A stretch of DNA of 63,117 nt, filler included, from Pelomyxa schiedti (Eukaryota > Protista > Evosea), in assembly GCA_020536535.1 (NCBI GenBank). It is 14 parts of 14 records of this genome, joined end to end, with 100 filler letters (N's around TTAATTAATTAA, not from the genome) between each part and the next. Parts side by side here need not be neighbours in the genome. Positions count along the whole stretch, not along the records: positions 12,223 to 44,198 come from JAHLWZ010000262.1; 13 more parts are not named here. One strand, given 5' to 3'. The notes below the pieces were generated by a model. The model ran no database searches. It saw only the letters and a list, made by a program, of their open reading frames with translations, and had not been told where the DNA came from. Within the stretch, counting starts at the first letter, position 1. Each line of letters starts with the position of its first letter. Of this stretch, positions 12,223-25,400 are shown in pieces. The position numbers were made by a program, and so were the translations under genes.

Positions 12223-13077
12223 AGGCTCTGGGGGTTGGCCGCGGTACCAATCGGGACAATGACGATGACAGAGTGGATGATGCGCGACTTGTCCGGCTCG
12301 ACAATGATGTCAAAAGAGTCCTCCATTGGCGTTCCTGGCCGGATCTTCCCGTTCAGGAAGTCAATGACGGTCACATTTCTGTAGTTGCTCTCCGAGATGC
12401 CCCATGGGTCCCAGAAGTGCAAGTTGAGGGCCCTGATCATCTCGTCGGTTGGGGATGCTCCCAAGAGGAGGTCATGCAATGTGTGGTCGGTGTAATCGCA
12501 AGTGACATGCTCCGGCATTGAGTACGCCTGGAGCGGCGAGAGCACGTCTTGACCAGAGCTGAACGAGGTTGCCAGTCCATTCAGGAAGGTGCTCATTCCA
12601 GACCCGTAACATCCCCAGACCTGTTTTTTGGGAGAGGTCAAAACAAAAAAATGAATAACGAACGAAAAGAGAAAAGCCATACAAGGATGTTGAGCTTTGT
12701 TCTTGAGGGATCAGGCAGGAACGTGCGTTCAGGAATCCACTCTGCAGCGAAACATGCTGATGACATTCGGTGTTGGAGCAACCCATGATGATTAGTGAGG
12801 GAAACTGGGATCAGGTTTCAAGTGAAACTTACCAAGGAGAAGCGTCACTGAGCCCAGGAGCTTCGCTCCCCCAACTAGGCACTCGTAATGCACCTTGGCA
12901 GGCACCAGCTCTCTGAGAACCACAGCCCTTGAGCATGGCGTCAGCGTCACTGTGGTCTGGAAGGGACATGCCATTGTGGCATCTGAAGTTGTTTTCACCA
13001 CTTCATCCAGGTAGAACCCAGGAAGAAAGTGGAGCACAGTCCCCTATATTTGGAGAGAAAATGTCAGGCCTAACCAC
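12223..13077 (-). CDS. Linker plus IFI44-like P-loop GTPase exons with degenerate Walker A (GCYGSGMS); 3' part of a vWA-IFI44 gene
   Basis: KLNILVW|GCYGSGMSTFLNGLATSF, LHFWDPWG (G3-like), IIHSVIVIVPI. Paralogous to 26989-28947 and 38600-39427. Runs into a linker. Confidence 0.7.
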
Positions 13078-13216
13078 ATGAGCCACAGGGGGGGGGGGGG
13101 GGGGGGGGGAAAAAAANNNNNNNNNNNNNNNNNNNNNNNNNNNNNNNNNNNNNNNNNNNNNNNNNNNNNNNNNNNNNNNNNNNNNNNNNNNNNNNNNNNN
13201 NNNNNNNNNNNNNNNN

Positions 13217-13922
13217 GGCAGCACACAGGGGTGGCTCATACCGTGGGCACTGTTCCAAGCACAGAGTGAGGTCGGATGGTAACGGCCAGTGACACTGGGT
13301 CAGTGAACCTCTGAAGAGCACACGGAAGTTGTGAAAAAAGAACCTCAGCTGGTGGATGACCGGCTTTTCTTGCAAGTTGCTTAAGATCTGATAGAGACCT
13401 AAGTAGGCTCTGATGATTGTCAAGCATGAAGCACATGGCACCAGGAAGAGCAACCTCAAGTTGTTTCACTGTTGTAGATCCCACAGCGGCAGCCATGATA
13501 ACCAACTTTGCCATGAGGTAAGGGATTGTTCTTACTAGAGGCAACTGACCACTTGTGACAACAAGAACCACTTGCAGGTCATTTGGATGTGAAATCGATC
13601 CAAGTTGAGAGGCACCTAATCTGAGCGCGTCTTCAAGGTTGGGTGTGTTGTGTGGGCACACTGCCCATTGGACCGGTTGCTGAACAACGTCAAAAAGTTT
13701 TTGTGCATCGTTCGTAAATGGACACGCAATCCTGACAGCAGTATCGTATTCTATAATCGTGAAATTTGTCTCATGCGCCTTGGACGATACGAACGAATGG
13801 AGCTCGTACAGTGCTAGACATATCAAATTGAAGCCACTCTGAACGTGTGAACCTACGTCCAGAAGTATTGCTAAGTTAACCCTGGGTAGAAGTACACATT
13901 CCGATACCAAAACACAGGCCAT
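13217..13922 (-). CDS. vWA-domain 5' exon of a vWA-IFI44-like gene (pair 1, divergent from giant gene A)
   Basis: NLAILLDVGSH (degenerate MIDAS), FTIIEYDTAVRIACPFT, PNLEDALRLG, VVLVVTSG form a Rossmann-like vWA pattern. The last 121 bp are the exact reverse complement of 40816-40936. Confidence 0.7.
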
Positions 13923-13950
13923 CAATTTTCGTTTCTGATCAGACCAGTAA

Positions 13951-14048
13951 TAATTATGGTCATTCACGGGAACGAGTGAGTTCAAGCTAACAGGCACCAG
14001 CCAACCGACCCACCTTATAAACCCCCTCTGTATCGTGCAAATAGTTAA
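13951..14048. repeat. ~98-bp dispersed repeat, inverted copy at 42480-42577
   Basis: A 71-bp core (13978-14048) is the exact reverse complement of 42480-42550, and the flanks are near-identical. Confidence 0.9.
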
Positions 14049-14241
14049 GACAAAGTTGTTTTATAAGCAAACATAACACATGAGAACAACAACACTATTC
14101 AGCCCACAACATCCCTCACCCAGACCACGTATCTTACCCGGTCGACCACTTCGGTGGTGCAAGATTTCTTCAGTCTGAGGGATGTTAGAGTCATTCTGAA
14201 GCAAATCTGGAAGGCCTGTTTTCTGCGTTTCGAAACAAAAA

Positions 14242-17200
14242 ATGCAGGTTCCCACACGGGTCGCTGATGCCGTAGGCATACTGAAAAACCTCGAGGCGAT
14301 GCGATTCCCACCATGCGCACAGCGAACCTTGCGACAGGTAATGTGTGTTGTCGCACTTACAAGCTTGGGTACCCCATGCGAGGGACAGCCACCTCTCACG
14401 AAGCTCTGGGAGACCCTCGTAGAACAAATCGCCAAAGAGAGACTCAACAGACCGCAGGTCGACGGTCTCCTCGCTGCGTGTCAGGCGACACTACAAGCAC
14501 CCAGTGACGCTTTGAAGGAACAGCTCAACCAACTTTACCGCCTGCTCGTCCCCTTCGACATCGAGGAGCTGCTTGACTTGCTATCGAAGACCGCGTCCAC
14601 AGCTCAGCTCGTAAACGGCCAGGACATCATCCTGCTACTAGGAGCCACCGGGTGTGGGAAGTCTACGACGATACAATACCTGTTTGGCTGCCAGATGGTC
14701 CATCAAAAGGTTACAGTTGGGGAGGGCTTCATCAACCACATTTGTGCTGCCCAAACTCCAGGTGAACTCACAGGGGTGGTGTCCAGTTTTGAGGCAAAAT
14801 CAGAGACCAGATACATCACAGCAGTTCAGGTCCAACCAAGTCTAATCCAACCTGAAGGTTATATTACTGTCGAGCCACTTTTCCTGTGTGACACACCAGG
14901 CTTCATGGACAACCGCGGACCTGAGACGGATGTTGCAAATGGGGTTGGATTTGTGCAAGCTGTGAAAACTTGCAAGTCTGTCAGGCCGTTTTTCCTCATT
15001 GACGGAAAAGGCATGGGTAGTCGACTGGACAACCTGAGGCAAATTCTTTCCGTTCTGGCTGGATTAATGCCACAACTTGAGTCTTGGACAGAATGCTTCT
15101 CCTTTGGTTTCACAAAGTTTTCACAAGAAGAAGCCACAAATATACGTGGAAACCTTGAACTTCTCAAGCGTGGATTGACACCTGAAGATTCACAAATCCC
15201 TGGTTTCAAAGCCGTTCTGAATGAGATTCTTCGGCAACACCCTGAAAAAGGTATGCAACGAACTGTGATCATCAACCCACTTGATGGGAAACCTGGTTTG
15301 GTTTTCAAAAAGATCCTTTCCCACGATGCTTTGGACGACCCAAACGAAGTCTTTCAGTTCTTCATTGCTCCTCGTTCCAATTCCGCCCTCACTGAGCAGC
15401 TGCGAAGGCTGCAACTGAATATACCAGAGGCACTCGAGAGGGGGGAATTTGCGTTGGTTTCGTTCAGGCTTGTGCAGCTGGCTAAGCTGGCCAAGGTGCT
15501 CAATAACAAAGCAGATATTCTGCACCTTCTGGAAGAGTGCAAAGAACTCACTAACAAGGAACTTGGACACCAGCTCGACGCTGGGGCACGGCAGCTTCAG
15601 GTATTGATGAAAGATGGGTACCAGGCCACCACGGCGGATCTAGATTCTTTCCTGCGGCCCCTGCAGCTCTTGAGAGGCTGTGACGAGACGCTGGGAATGC
15701 TTCACGAGGCAACAGCGGCTGAGACGCACTCGTCCAGGCTCATGAAATTCTTTTTTGAACAAGTTGCACAGCTGGTGAGAACCTTCCAGGGAGAGAAAGA
15801 TGCACTGTGTGAGGCCAACAAAGTGAGACTCGACAAGCTTGCGTTGCTTGGACCTCACTTTCCAGAGGTCAATGCGCATTTTGATGCATTGCTCGCGTCC
15901 GTTTCCACTACTGTCCAAGGTGCAGTCGCAACAGTACAGGATCTTATTGCTTCAAACCAATTCGACGAGGCACGCCAGACATGGGCGAGGCTGGAGGCTG
16001 CCTTGCAGCGTTTTGCGGTGCACGTGGGGCCAACAGTTACCTCTGAGACCTCCCCCAAGATTCGGGCCTTCTTCTTGGCCCACTTGCAGAAGAGCTCTCA
16101 AGAGGCAGATGAGTGCTTCTGCCTGCAAAGCATGACCTCTGACGTCCAGAAGATATCCGACAGTCTTCAAGTCCTTCACTCTTGCCTGCATACCTATGGC
16201 ATTGGTCAGTTATTGGATTTGAAACAGGTGGCTTCACTTAAAGAGCAGCTGGTTGTGCGACTCAGGACCCAGATTGAACTCCTCCATAACCAGATTGTTG
16301 ATCGATTTTCACAGAGCAACGAGAACTTTGTATACTCTCAATGCAAGCAAGACTTTCTAACTATCAAGGCACTTTGTGGAATACCAAATGTTCCCCGGAC
16401 TGTTGAGCAGCTTTTTGAAAAAACGAAATTCTTTGTTGTTGACCAGACTAACAATATCACAAGACAATTTTCACAAGCTGTGGATGCTCTCAAGAGGGGT
16501 GAAGTCGTGGATTTTACCCGTCTGGCACGGGGAATGAGGCTTTTGAGGGACACTGATTGGCTTGAAGAAGCAATCCCTGGGTGCTATAAATCCGCTTTAT
16601 CTGAAGTTGAAGATATAATCTCACTACAGCTGGATCAGACCGAGAGACAACTCCAAGAAATTCGCCTTGAGCTTGGAGAAGAATCAGAGTTGAAGAAGCT
16701 TGCCTCCATTGTGGGTGTTCTGCATGAAATAACCCCTCTTGAGAGGATACCACTGCCAGCCTTGCATGAGCAGAAATGCCGACTTCTGCAAAGCACGCGA
16801 GATATCCTGAAAGAGATTCTCACAATTATACAAGATACCTTCAACCTTGAGAAATACGCAGTTTCTGCTTTACACCAGGGTGTTGAGACATTACTTCTCC
16901 GAAAGAAAAACATTGAGGGCAGCAGTCCAGCCACCCTATTTTTGGCTGAGAAGGGCTATAAAGATGCCCAGGAAATCACGCGAGCCATTGAAGAGAGCAA
17001 GAACACACTCTCCACATTGACATTGTCCGCAACTGGGACTGGAATGGAGAGTGGAAATATCCAGGGATCCAGTGCAATAGGAGCTGAAGTTCTGACAAGG
17101 CAGCAAGAGCTGGCAGAAAGCATCAAAGCAAAAGAGCTGGACTTGCAGCAGTTCCAGGAGTTATCAGCCTCCAAAATTTTATCATCACAGCAGAGGCAGC

Positions 17201-20200
17201 AGCTCGGAGAACTTGGATTCAGTAGTATAGCCCGCCTTGAGAAAAGCATTGTGGATCAAGTACGGCGATGTGAGACTCTTGAAAGTCAGGGACTGCTTTA
17301 CCAGTTCGACAAAGTGGATCCTGCCAGGGCCGTGGCAGCGATATCATTCATAAAGATCCTCGGTACGCAGTTTCGCTGTGGACTCTACAACGATTTGCAC
17401 TGTGCTCAGATCAAAGAAAAGCTGGAATCGTTCCTGACAAAATACTGTGAAAATTTGGTTGTCCGCGTCCACGGAGCCCTTGACAATATTACAATCCACC
17501 TCAATGGCCAGGCTCAGTCGAAGATTTCAGACGATACTGCCACTCTCCTATCCTTGCTGCAGGAGTTGGTCGAGCTGGAGAAATACCCACTGATGATGGG
17601 GTATTTTTTTAGCAACATCAATGTTCTTGCTAGCTCCCGGGATGCTATCTCAATAATTGCAAAGGACCTAGATGCAAGCATTTCCCAGCATTCCATGAAC
17701 AAGGATGTCAGGAGTCTACAAGCAAAACTTGATATCGTGCAGGCACTGTGCCGTCTTGATGCGGTTTGCTCTAACCAGGACTCCCCCAGTTTCTCAGATT
17801 TGAGAAAAAAGTATCAACCTGAAGCACACAGAGAAATTGGCGAGACGGCTACCAACGCAATGAAGTCGTTGGACAAACGTGAGTGGCAGCAGTTGGCACT
17901 GCTTCTTCATGATATTGAATCCAGCAGTCGTGGCAATCAAGCCACACTAAACGCCATTACCAGACCAATTGAAACGAACCTCATAGACTTCTGCAATGAT
18001 ACTAAGATGAAGGCCATTCTACTTGGGCAAGAGATATCAACTGAGTGGCTTGCCTCCATAACCGACATTGTCTCCCGTCTTGATAGCATCAGGGAGGCCC
18101 TCAAATTTCTGTCCAAGTACCTTCAGCTTCCTGCAGATACTGGATCACAACCAGGTTCTACAGCACCGTCATCAAGCGCAATTCCCAGCAACCCCTACAA
18201 CGACGCCATTGAAACTACGAAGCGAGAACTGTGTCAACAAATGATGACAGCAATGAAGAGTGTTGTTGCATCCATTCACAGTTGTCATTACTTAGAGGCA
18301 AACCAAAAGATGGACGTGGTCAAAAAGGCAAAAGGGATCATGGGCTCCCCTTATCTCTCAGTGGAAGCTGCTAATTCTGTTGATAGTTTCACGGCAACTC
18401 TTTCTGAATCACTCAAGAGCCTTGAGAGATTCTACACCACGGCCGAGGTTGGTGAGTACAGCTTCAAGAACCCCCCAAAAGATGTATATGAGAGATTCAG
18501 GCAAGTGTTTGCAACCAATGCTGAGTGCAAAGAAACATGGGAGAAAATTGAGGATGTGGTACGAGATAAGTTCAGAGCCGAACTGAAGAACATTAAAGGG
18601 CTCAGGACACCAGATGAAAGGGCTTCACTGATGAGAAAAGTTGAATTGGCCCTCAACTTCCTCCCCACACACCTCTCACAGACCTTGGGGGACGAATTGG
18701 CACTTCTAAAAAAAGACTTAAAACAGGAGCAAGAGGATTTGGAGGTGCAAAGGAGCTCAGCTCTTCTTGGAGGGGATGCAGAAGAAATTGAACGAATGTG
18801 GAACACCCTTGTTGCAAGAGAGGGAAGAAGTGGAACGACGGTACGGAAGATGGGACAGGAGATCATCGAGCTGGTAAAGAAACACCAAGTTTTGATGATG
18901 GAGACGTTCCTCTCGTCTGGGGATTTGACCAGTGCTGTTGGGGAGATCAAGAAGGTGTTCTCGTTTCGTGGAATGGCGTCGGCACTGCCAGTCATCAATG
19001 TCCTCCTGAGCAACATGTGCTTCCACATCACAGCACTCCCCCCAAAGCTTTTGCCGATCCTTTCAATCCCATCGCTCACAGTAGAGTCTGACGGCGCTCT
19101 TACCAGCGCCTGGTCGCAACTTGTTACACTTCATGGCATCTGGCTATCTGAAAGCAGCAACTCCGACTTAGTTGCCGCCGTGTTTCAGACTCCCGACTTC
19201 CCTACCAAGGTCGACGAGGCCAAGGAGAATATTGTTGTGTATTTCAGGACCCTCCAGAAAAAAATGTTTACAAGCATGGAGTTGAACAACGTGGAAGGGA
19301 TTCACAGTGTGCTTGACCGAGTCAGTGCACTTACTTCGTTCTTTTCCGTGTGCCAGAAAGTGATGCCCTCCCTTTGGGGATCGTACTCAGTGGTGGTGCA
19401 AGAGGTGAAGAAGTTCTTTGCTGCCAAGACCTCGTTCATCCTTGAAGCAGACTTGTGCGCCACTGGAGTGACAGAATTCGAAAAGACACGAACTGCTTTT
19501 TATGCACTTGTGAAGTCCCATGTCGACCTTTTCCGTGAGTCGTCAGGAATTCAGAAGGCACACCCAGATCTTGCCCTCTCTGCTGAGTTACTTGCAGATA
19601 TGAACTCTTCTCTCGTCGCGAAGATCGCCAAGCTTCACGAAGATGCAATGGTGTTTGTGAATACACGGAAGGGAAGAGGAACTGTCACGGAGAAGAGGAG
19701 GTTCAATGACTGCTTCAAAAGCCTCAAGTCATTCAGGGCATCATTGCCTGGGGAGCCAATGACATCCGCTCTGGACAAGGCAATTTCAGAGATTGAGCAT
19801 GGTATCACTGGTTTGGTGGAACAAATTGACAGGGAACTGTCTATGGAAATGGCAGAAATGACAGGGGCGTCAATCCCCATTGATAGGGTAGCCATCAATC
19901 TTATCAAATTGAAACAGCTCGGTGAGGCCTTCCTCCAGTCCTCAGAGACTGTCTCTGGCCGCATTGACGAGTTCATTTCTCGCTTCAAAGGCGCCTCTGG
20001 AGCCACAGGGTGTTCAAAGCTTGCAAGCTTGCTTGTTGACGAGCCCACAGGCATTGGGGCGAGTGTCGTGCAAGACTGCCCTGCTCTGAAGCTGTCAATG
20101 GCCAACCCAGGTTGTCAAGTCCGTTGCAATACAGCCACTATCAAATACGTTCTTGAGAGGCTACGAAGCGTTGACCCAGGTGATATTGAAAAGGAGAAGC

Positions 20201-21251
20201 TGAAAAAATGTTATGATGCCTTCAGCAAGAAGTATGCAAATCTGAAAAAAGTCCACCTCAAACCGGATCTGGAGAATGGGAAGATTTCTATCCTGGCAGG
20301 AATCAAGAAAATTATAACAGGTATTCACATTGAGCATGATGAAATAGCCTCAGAAAGTGACTTGTATTCTTGCACTGCTATCAACTGGACAGGGCCAATG
20401 AATGATAGCCTTCCAGAACTTCTTGCACACATATTCATGCTGTGGACTCTGTCTCACGCGGGGAACTACTTTGAGATTGCCAGTTTCGTGATAGATGACA
20501 ATGACAAGGACAAATACCTGTACNNNNNNNNNNNNNNNNNNNNNNNNNNNNNNNNNNNNNNNNNNNNNNNNNNNNNNNNNNNNNNNNNNNNNNNNNNNNN
20601 NNNNNNNNNNNNNNNNNNNNNNNATAGCCTTCCAGAACTTCTTGCACACATATTCATGCTGTGGACTCTGTCTCACGCGGGGAACTACTTTGAGATTGCC
20701 AGTTTCGTGATAGATGACAATGACAAGGACAAATACCTGTACATCCCACACCCAGCGCAGGTTGTGGCTATACTTCGAATGCTCGGAGTCGGTTACTCCA
20801 GCCGGAAAGGACTGGGACCAATCAAGAACATGATACAGCTGGGTACTGGAGAAGGCAAGTCCGTCGTCCTTGCAGTGGCGAGTATTGTACTTGCGCTTTA
20901 CGGGATGCAGGTGAGCTGCGCCTGCTACTCGTCGTACCTGAGCGAGAGGGACTGGTCAGACTTCAAGCAGCTATTCACGATGCTCAACGTTGAGTGCCAA
21001 ATACGGTATGGCACGTTCGACGTTCTGTGTGAGGCAATACTCAACAAGAACGGCAACCTGCGGGAAGGGATCAAGAGGCTCATAACTGAAGGAATATGGC
21101 CCATAAAGATGACAGACACAGCAGTACAGCGGCCACACGTTCTGCTTGTGGATGAGATTGACGTGTTCTTCAACAAGGACTTCTACGGCAACGTGTACTC
21201 GCTATCCTCGCCGCTACAGGACCCGTGCATCATGCGGCTCACGGACTTCAT
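14242..21251 (+). CDS. Giant protein A: P-loop GTPase - long helical/coiled-coil region - SecA-like SF2 helicase (3' end missing here, probably 41037-42438)
   Basis: Intronless ORF of more than 2,200 codons. G1 LLGATGCGKSTT, G3 LCDTPGF. SecA_DEAD-like PHPAQV...IQLGTGEGKSVV...YSSYLSERD...YGTF...LLVDEIDVFF. Confidence 0.88.
20405..20742. other. False gap: 119 bp duplicated on both sides of a 100-N gap (20405-20523 = 20624-20742); same tract also at 35707-35825
   Basis: Direct sequence identity. Merging the copies restores a continuous reading frame. Confidence 0.9.
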
Positions 21252-22224
21252 NNNNNNNNNNNNNNNNNNNNNNNNNNNNNNNNNNNNNNNNNNNNNNNNN
21301 NNNNNNNNNNNNNNNNNNNNNNNNNNNNNNNNNNNNNNNNNNNNNNNNNNNCCCTAAGAAATGTGGAGAGTGTAGTCGGTTTGCTCATGTAAGGACCAAC
21401 CACACAGAAACATTACATTACATAGGTACTTCGATGATTATATATCTAACATGTATGTATTCCTACCTCTACATATGATTTATTGAGCCTATTATTGTAA
21501 CAGAACAAAACTTGAGGGTGCTCTTTTGGAAAATATGGCTAAGAAAGGACATTCAGTTGCAAGTTCCGATAATGCCTTGGGACCCCAAGAGTTTGCCACT
21601 GCATGCCTGTAAAAAGGAGCAAACCTTAGAGGCTTTTGAGCTACAAATTCGAGTAAGACCAGCGTACATAAAATAATATGTGTACTTACTTGGGTTGGAA
21701 GTGGTGGGAGAAGGACTTACGTAATTTCTCAATTGCCGCTGCCTGATACTGGATCACAAGGAAACACGCGACCCACACGTTTTTGAGAACACCTGCACCA
21801 CAGTAAGCCCAAATCCTGGACTCACACCGCTAACCATCGTACACCAGTGCCACCACCGGCATAGTCGCGCCCTTGCCCCCGGTTTTTTTGATGAAAATGG
21901 TTTTTTTGGCTTCGCTTATAAAGACACTCCGCAACATTTCCTTTCCTTAAACTTTTTAACTCCGTTCCTTAAACGTTCCTTAAACTCATTAACTCCGTTG
22001 CCTAAACGCGCCGGAAACTCTACAAGCGGGAATAAAAATTGGTTTTATCCCCGGAGGAGGGTTGAAGGGCGATATTCGGTTTTTCATTCAACTTGGAAAC
22101 TATTTTTTTAGGGTTGTTCAAATAATTTTTTCTGCCCATCTTCAAAAAAAAAAAAAAAATACAAGCAAACAAAGAGGCAAACCCGACACCCAAAAAAAGG
22201 ACTCCTCCATAACGCAACAACGGA

Positions 22225-23677
22225 ATGTCTGACTGCTACTTTGTGCTGCTGGGGGACGTTGGGTCTGGAAAATCCACACTGTTTGAGAAGATCACTGACA
22301 CAACTGGCCGCAGTTCTTCCTCCTCTACTTCTTTCTCACGTACTTCAAAGGTGTGCACAATCAATGCCTTATTTTGCTCGTTGTGCAAACACAACAATAA
22401 CAAAAAAAAATAATAACAAATAATAACAAACAATATCAAATAACAACCAAACAACAACAAAAAAAATCCAAATCACAAAAAAAAAGGTTGTACAAATGGC
22501 AAAGTACAACGTGGCTGACACCCCTGGACTGAAGTCTGGTGCTGAGAGGGTTGACCATGCCATGCACATACTATCATGCCTGGAATACCGCCCAGTGAAG
22601 TGCCTCATTGCTGTGTGCTCAATGAAGGATCGCATTGACGGAGTAATAGACTCTGTGTCAGAGCTGATAGTTCCGTTCTGGTCAGATTTTGCCCAGCACC
22701 TTGCATTGATCATCACAAAGCAGGACCTCCAGCCCCACATCTCCAAAGTTGAAGTGCAGCAACGCATGATCGAACTTGGGATCCCAAACGTGCTGGTGAC
22801 TCACAAGGCCACACCTCGACAAGAGCTCCTCCTCTTCCTCGACCAGCTGAAGGCAAGGATTCCAGGCTCTGTGTCATTCAGGGTTGCACCCACCCAACTT
22901 TACAGGTACTTCAACTTGGCTGAAGCTGACTTTGGATACATGGCTGACATGAAGACGTTTGTTGACTTCTTCAAGGACCTTGTGGCAACTGGTGAGAAGC
23001 ACCTGCTCACACTGCAGGGGAATGCCAGGAGAGACTTTGCGTTCTCCTTCAAGGCGTTCATGTCTGATCTCATGCCTCAGTTCCAGTCTGAGTTTGCTGG
23101 CAAGCATGACGTGAACGCTCCCAAGACACTTCTGTATGCCATGGAACTGCAGAAGAGGTGCCACAGAGAGCTGCTGGCAGTGAGGCGCCTGTGCAGGGAA
23201 TATGGGCTTGAGAACGACAACTCCACATACAAGAGCTGCCCTTACTGTGGCACCGTGTACGTGAAGGTGCAAGGCTGTGATGGCACCACGACATGCGGCA
23301 ACAGGCCGTCTGTGGCTGATGGTCACAGCTTCAGCATCTTTGAGTGGACATTTGAAACTGCAAGGGCAACGATATTCAGCTGGTCAAACCCAAGGAACAC
23401 AAGGGCAGTTGAGTGCTCATCTGCAGTGAACACAAGCCAGTAGTGGGGCACTGGCAGGAATGCAGAGCTTGTGAAACCTTGTGGAAGGCAAGTAGCCTGG
23501 AAGGATATGACTCCTGTTCAGCAGCCCGCAGACTGGGCCGTTATTGGTGAAGTGGCTGACACCAGGGCTCTCGAGACCCCCCTCGATGCCCAGACTGAAA
23601 GGATGTTCAAGTCCGGCACAGTTGCTATCCCAAGGACTCTTCCAGGTGTCGAAGTTGAACACAAAGGAAACCTGTGA
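22225..23677 (+). CDS. P-loop GTPase with C-terminal Cys zinc-binding motif (RBR RING2/IBR-like); in-frame TAG at 23441-23443
   Basis: G1 GDVGSGKS, intron, G3 DTPG, G4 TKQD. CPYCGTVYVKVQGCDGTTTCG, then PCGRQVAWKDM in the same frame after the TAG. Confidence 0.75.
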
Positions 23678-23994
23678 AACAAACAAAAAAACTTTCGGTG
23701 AAAAATAGTGAGCTGAATCAAAAAAACACCACGTTTCTAAAGTTTAGCTTCTGTTGGTGAATCGGGCGTAACAACAACAACAACGACAACAACAACGACG
23801 GGTTCCAGATGGTGGAGATTTGGAACGGCCAATGGAGTTTTCTCGAAAATATTAAACAATTTCTTTCTTTGCACCCCAGGGCTGTCTCTCCACCGAAGGT
23901 CATAAATATACAAATATCGTTGGAAGCGTGGCTTAGAGTCACTTGGGAGAAAACGATCGGGAGTCACCGCAACCAGTTTTACTGTGGGCACACA

Positions 23995-25400
23995 ATGAGC
24001 CAAAGCACTTCCTCTCCAAACAAGAAAGACCACCCAAACCAGCGTCCCGTCTGGTTACCAAAGGAGTTGCATGACACACTTCAAAAACTTGTGGGGAAAG
24101 GACATGTGCTTTCCCCTCAGCAGTGCTGTATGCAGTTCAACAATCACTCCCCTCTGCATCCAACAACAGTGACTCAACTTGTGACAAGCTGTTGCAAGCA
24201 AGGTGCATTCGCTGGTTGCACAACTGGTAAAGTAATTACTTTGGAGCAACTTCCAAGTAGAAGTGACATACCTAATATCAAGAGACACTGTCAGAGCTTC
24301 ACTCCTGTGTTCATTGCATACCACTCTGCTGTGGAGAATACTACAGTGTGCAGAGTGCTGAGTGTCTCTTTCACTCCACACTGCTCAGCTGAAGAACTGG
24401 CAGAACATGTTGTCTCCATGTTACACAGAGTTGATTTGGCCTCTGTACCTCCTACCACATTTATTGCAGATAATTGCTCTGGGATGCAAGGAGAAGTAGG
24501 AGGTACCATTGAGTTAGTGAGGAAAAAGTTGAGCAAAGGATTTCCCAAATCCAAGGAGTTTTAAAGTATATTAATGACCACTGTGCAAGCAACCACTGTA
24601 CTTTGAGGCAGATAGTCTATGCCATGAGAGCTTGGTTACAGAATCCTATACTTTGAGTGCAGCTATCTTTCCTTTCTGAGTTTGCTCCTTTTCAGATTTC
24701 AATGACAGAGTGGGCGGAAGCACCAGATGTTGAGCACAATTTACCAGCATTATTCAAAGCCCATCTTCTCCCTGCACATATGTATTGCTCTGTGTTACCA
24801 TCCCTGTGTTAAAAGAGTTTTTAGGTGTACTTTCGGCAAGACCAGTTAAATCAGATGTCTGAGGATTTGTCAACACACTTTCACAAAACTGATAAGTTGT
24901 CTCCCTTGGATGATGTGACACTTGGTATTGATGTGGCTAAAGCTTTCCTGGGAGCAGAGGTTCAATTGCAATTTTCACCAAGTGGAATGGTCTAAAGAAA
25001 GACTTGAGGAGGTATGTGCATGATAGCAAAGGAGGGAAGCCTGCTATTGCCCCTTACTGCTCCTTGGATAAATTTGGTAGGGAAGTCTGCTTTTCACAAC
25101 CAATTACTACACAAAAGGTGAAAAGTTCTTTTAATGAGCTAGACACAATGTTGGTGCCAGGGCCACAAATCAGCACTAGGTTATTGGAGGCCAAAGTGTG
25201 CTATAAATTGAATTCCATCAACCCCATCAAGAACTCCATTAGTTCTTCATCCAAGAATTTTCCCACACAGAAGAGCAATCTTATTGCCCTCTCTAAACAC
25301 CTCTTAGGAAACACTCAATACTCTATGGAGGAATTCACAATTGCCAAGAAATATAGTAGTTGAGCCACAGTTACCTTTCTGAACAAATCCCATCACCACT
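23995..25400 (+). mobile_element. Degenerate hAT-superfamily (ZNF862/DUF4371-like) transposase relic
   Basis: SAEELAEHVVSMLHRVDL...FIADNCSGMQGEVGG resembles the hAT TAE.I...D(G/N)AS.M.G...GV block. After a frameshift, DHCASNH approximates the CxxH motif. Multiple downstream stops. Confidence 0.5.

Noticed and set aside
20750-21251. Bacterial secA or prokaryotic contamination
   Set aside because: The SecA-like domain is embedded in ~2,900-aa proteins with GTPase and vWA domains, and neighbouring genes on the same contigs have spliceosomal introns.
21930-22010. Short imperfect direct repeats (CCTTAAAC...TTAACTCCGTT)
   Set aside because: Two to three low-complexity copies in intergenic DNA with no further structure.
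23441-23443. Stop-codon reassignment (TAG read as sense)
   Set aside because: The two multi-kilobase ORFs contain no in-frame TAG or TAA, which would be expected if reassigned. An intron or mutation explains the single case.
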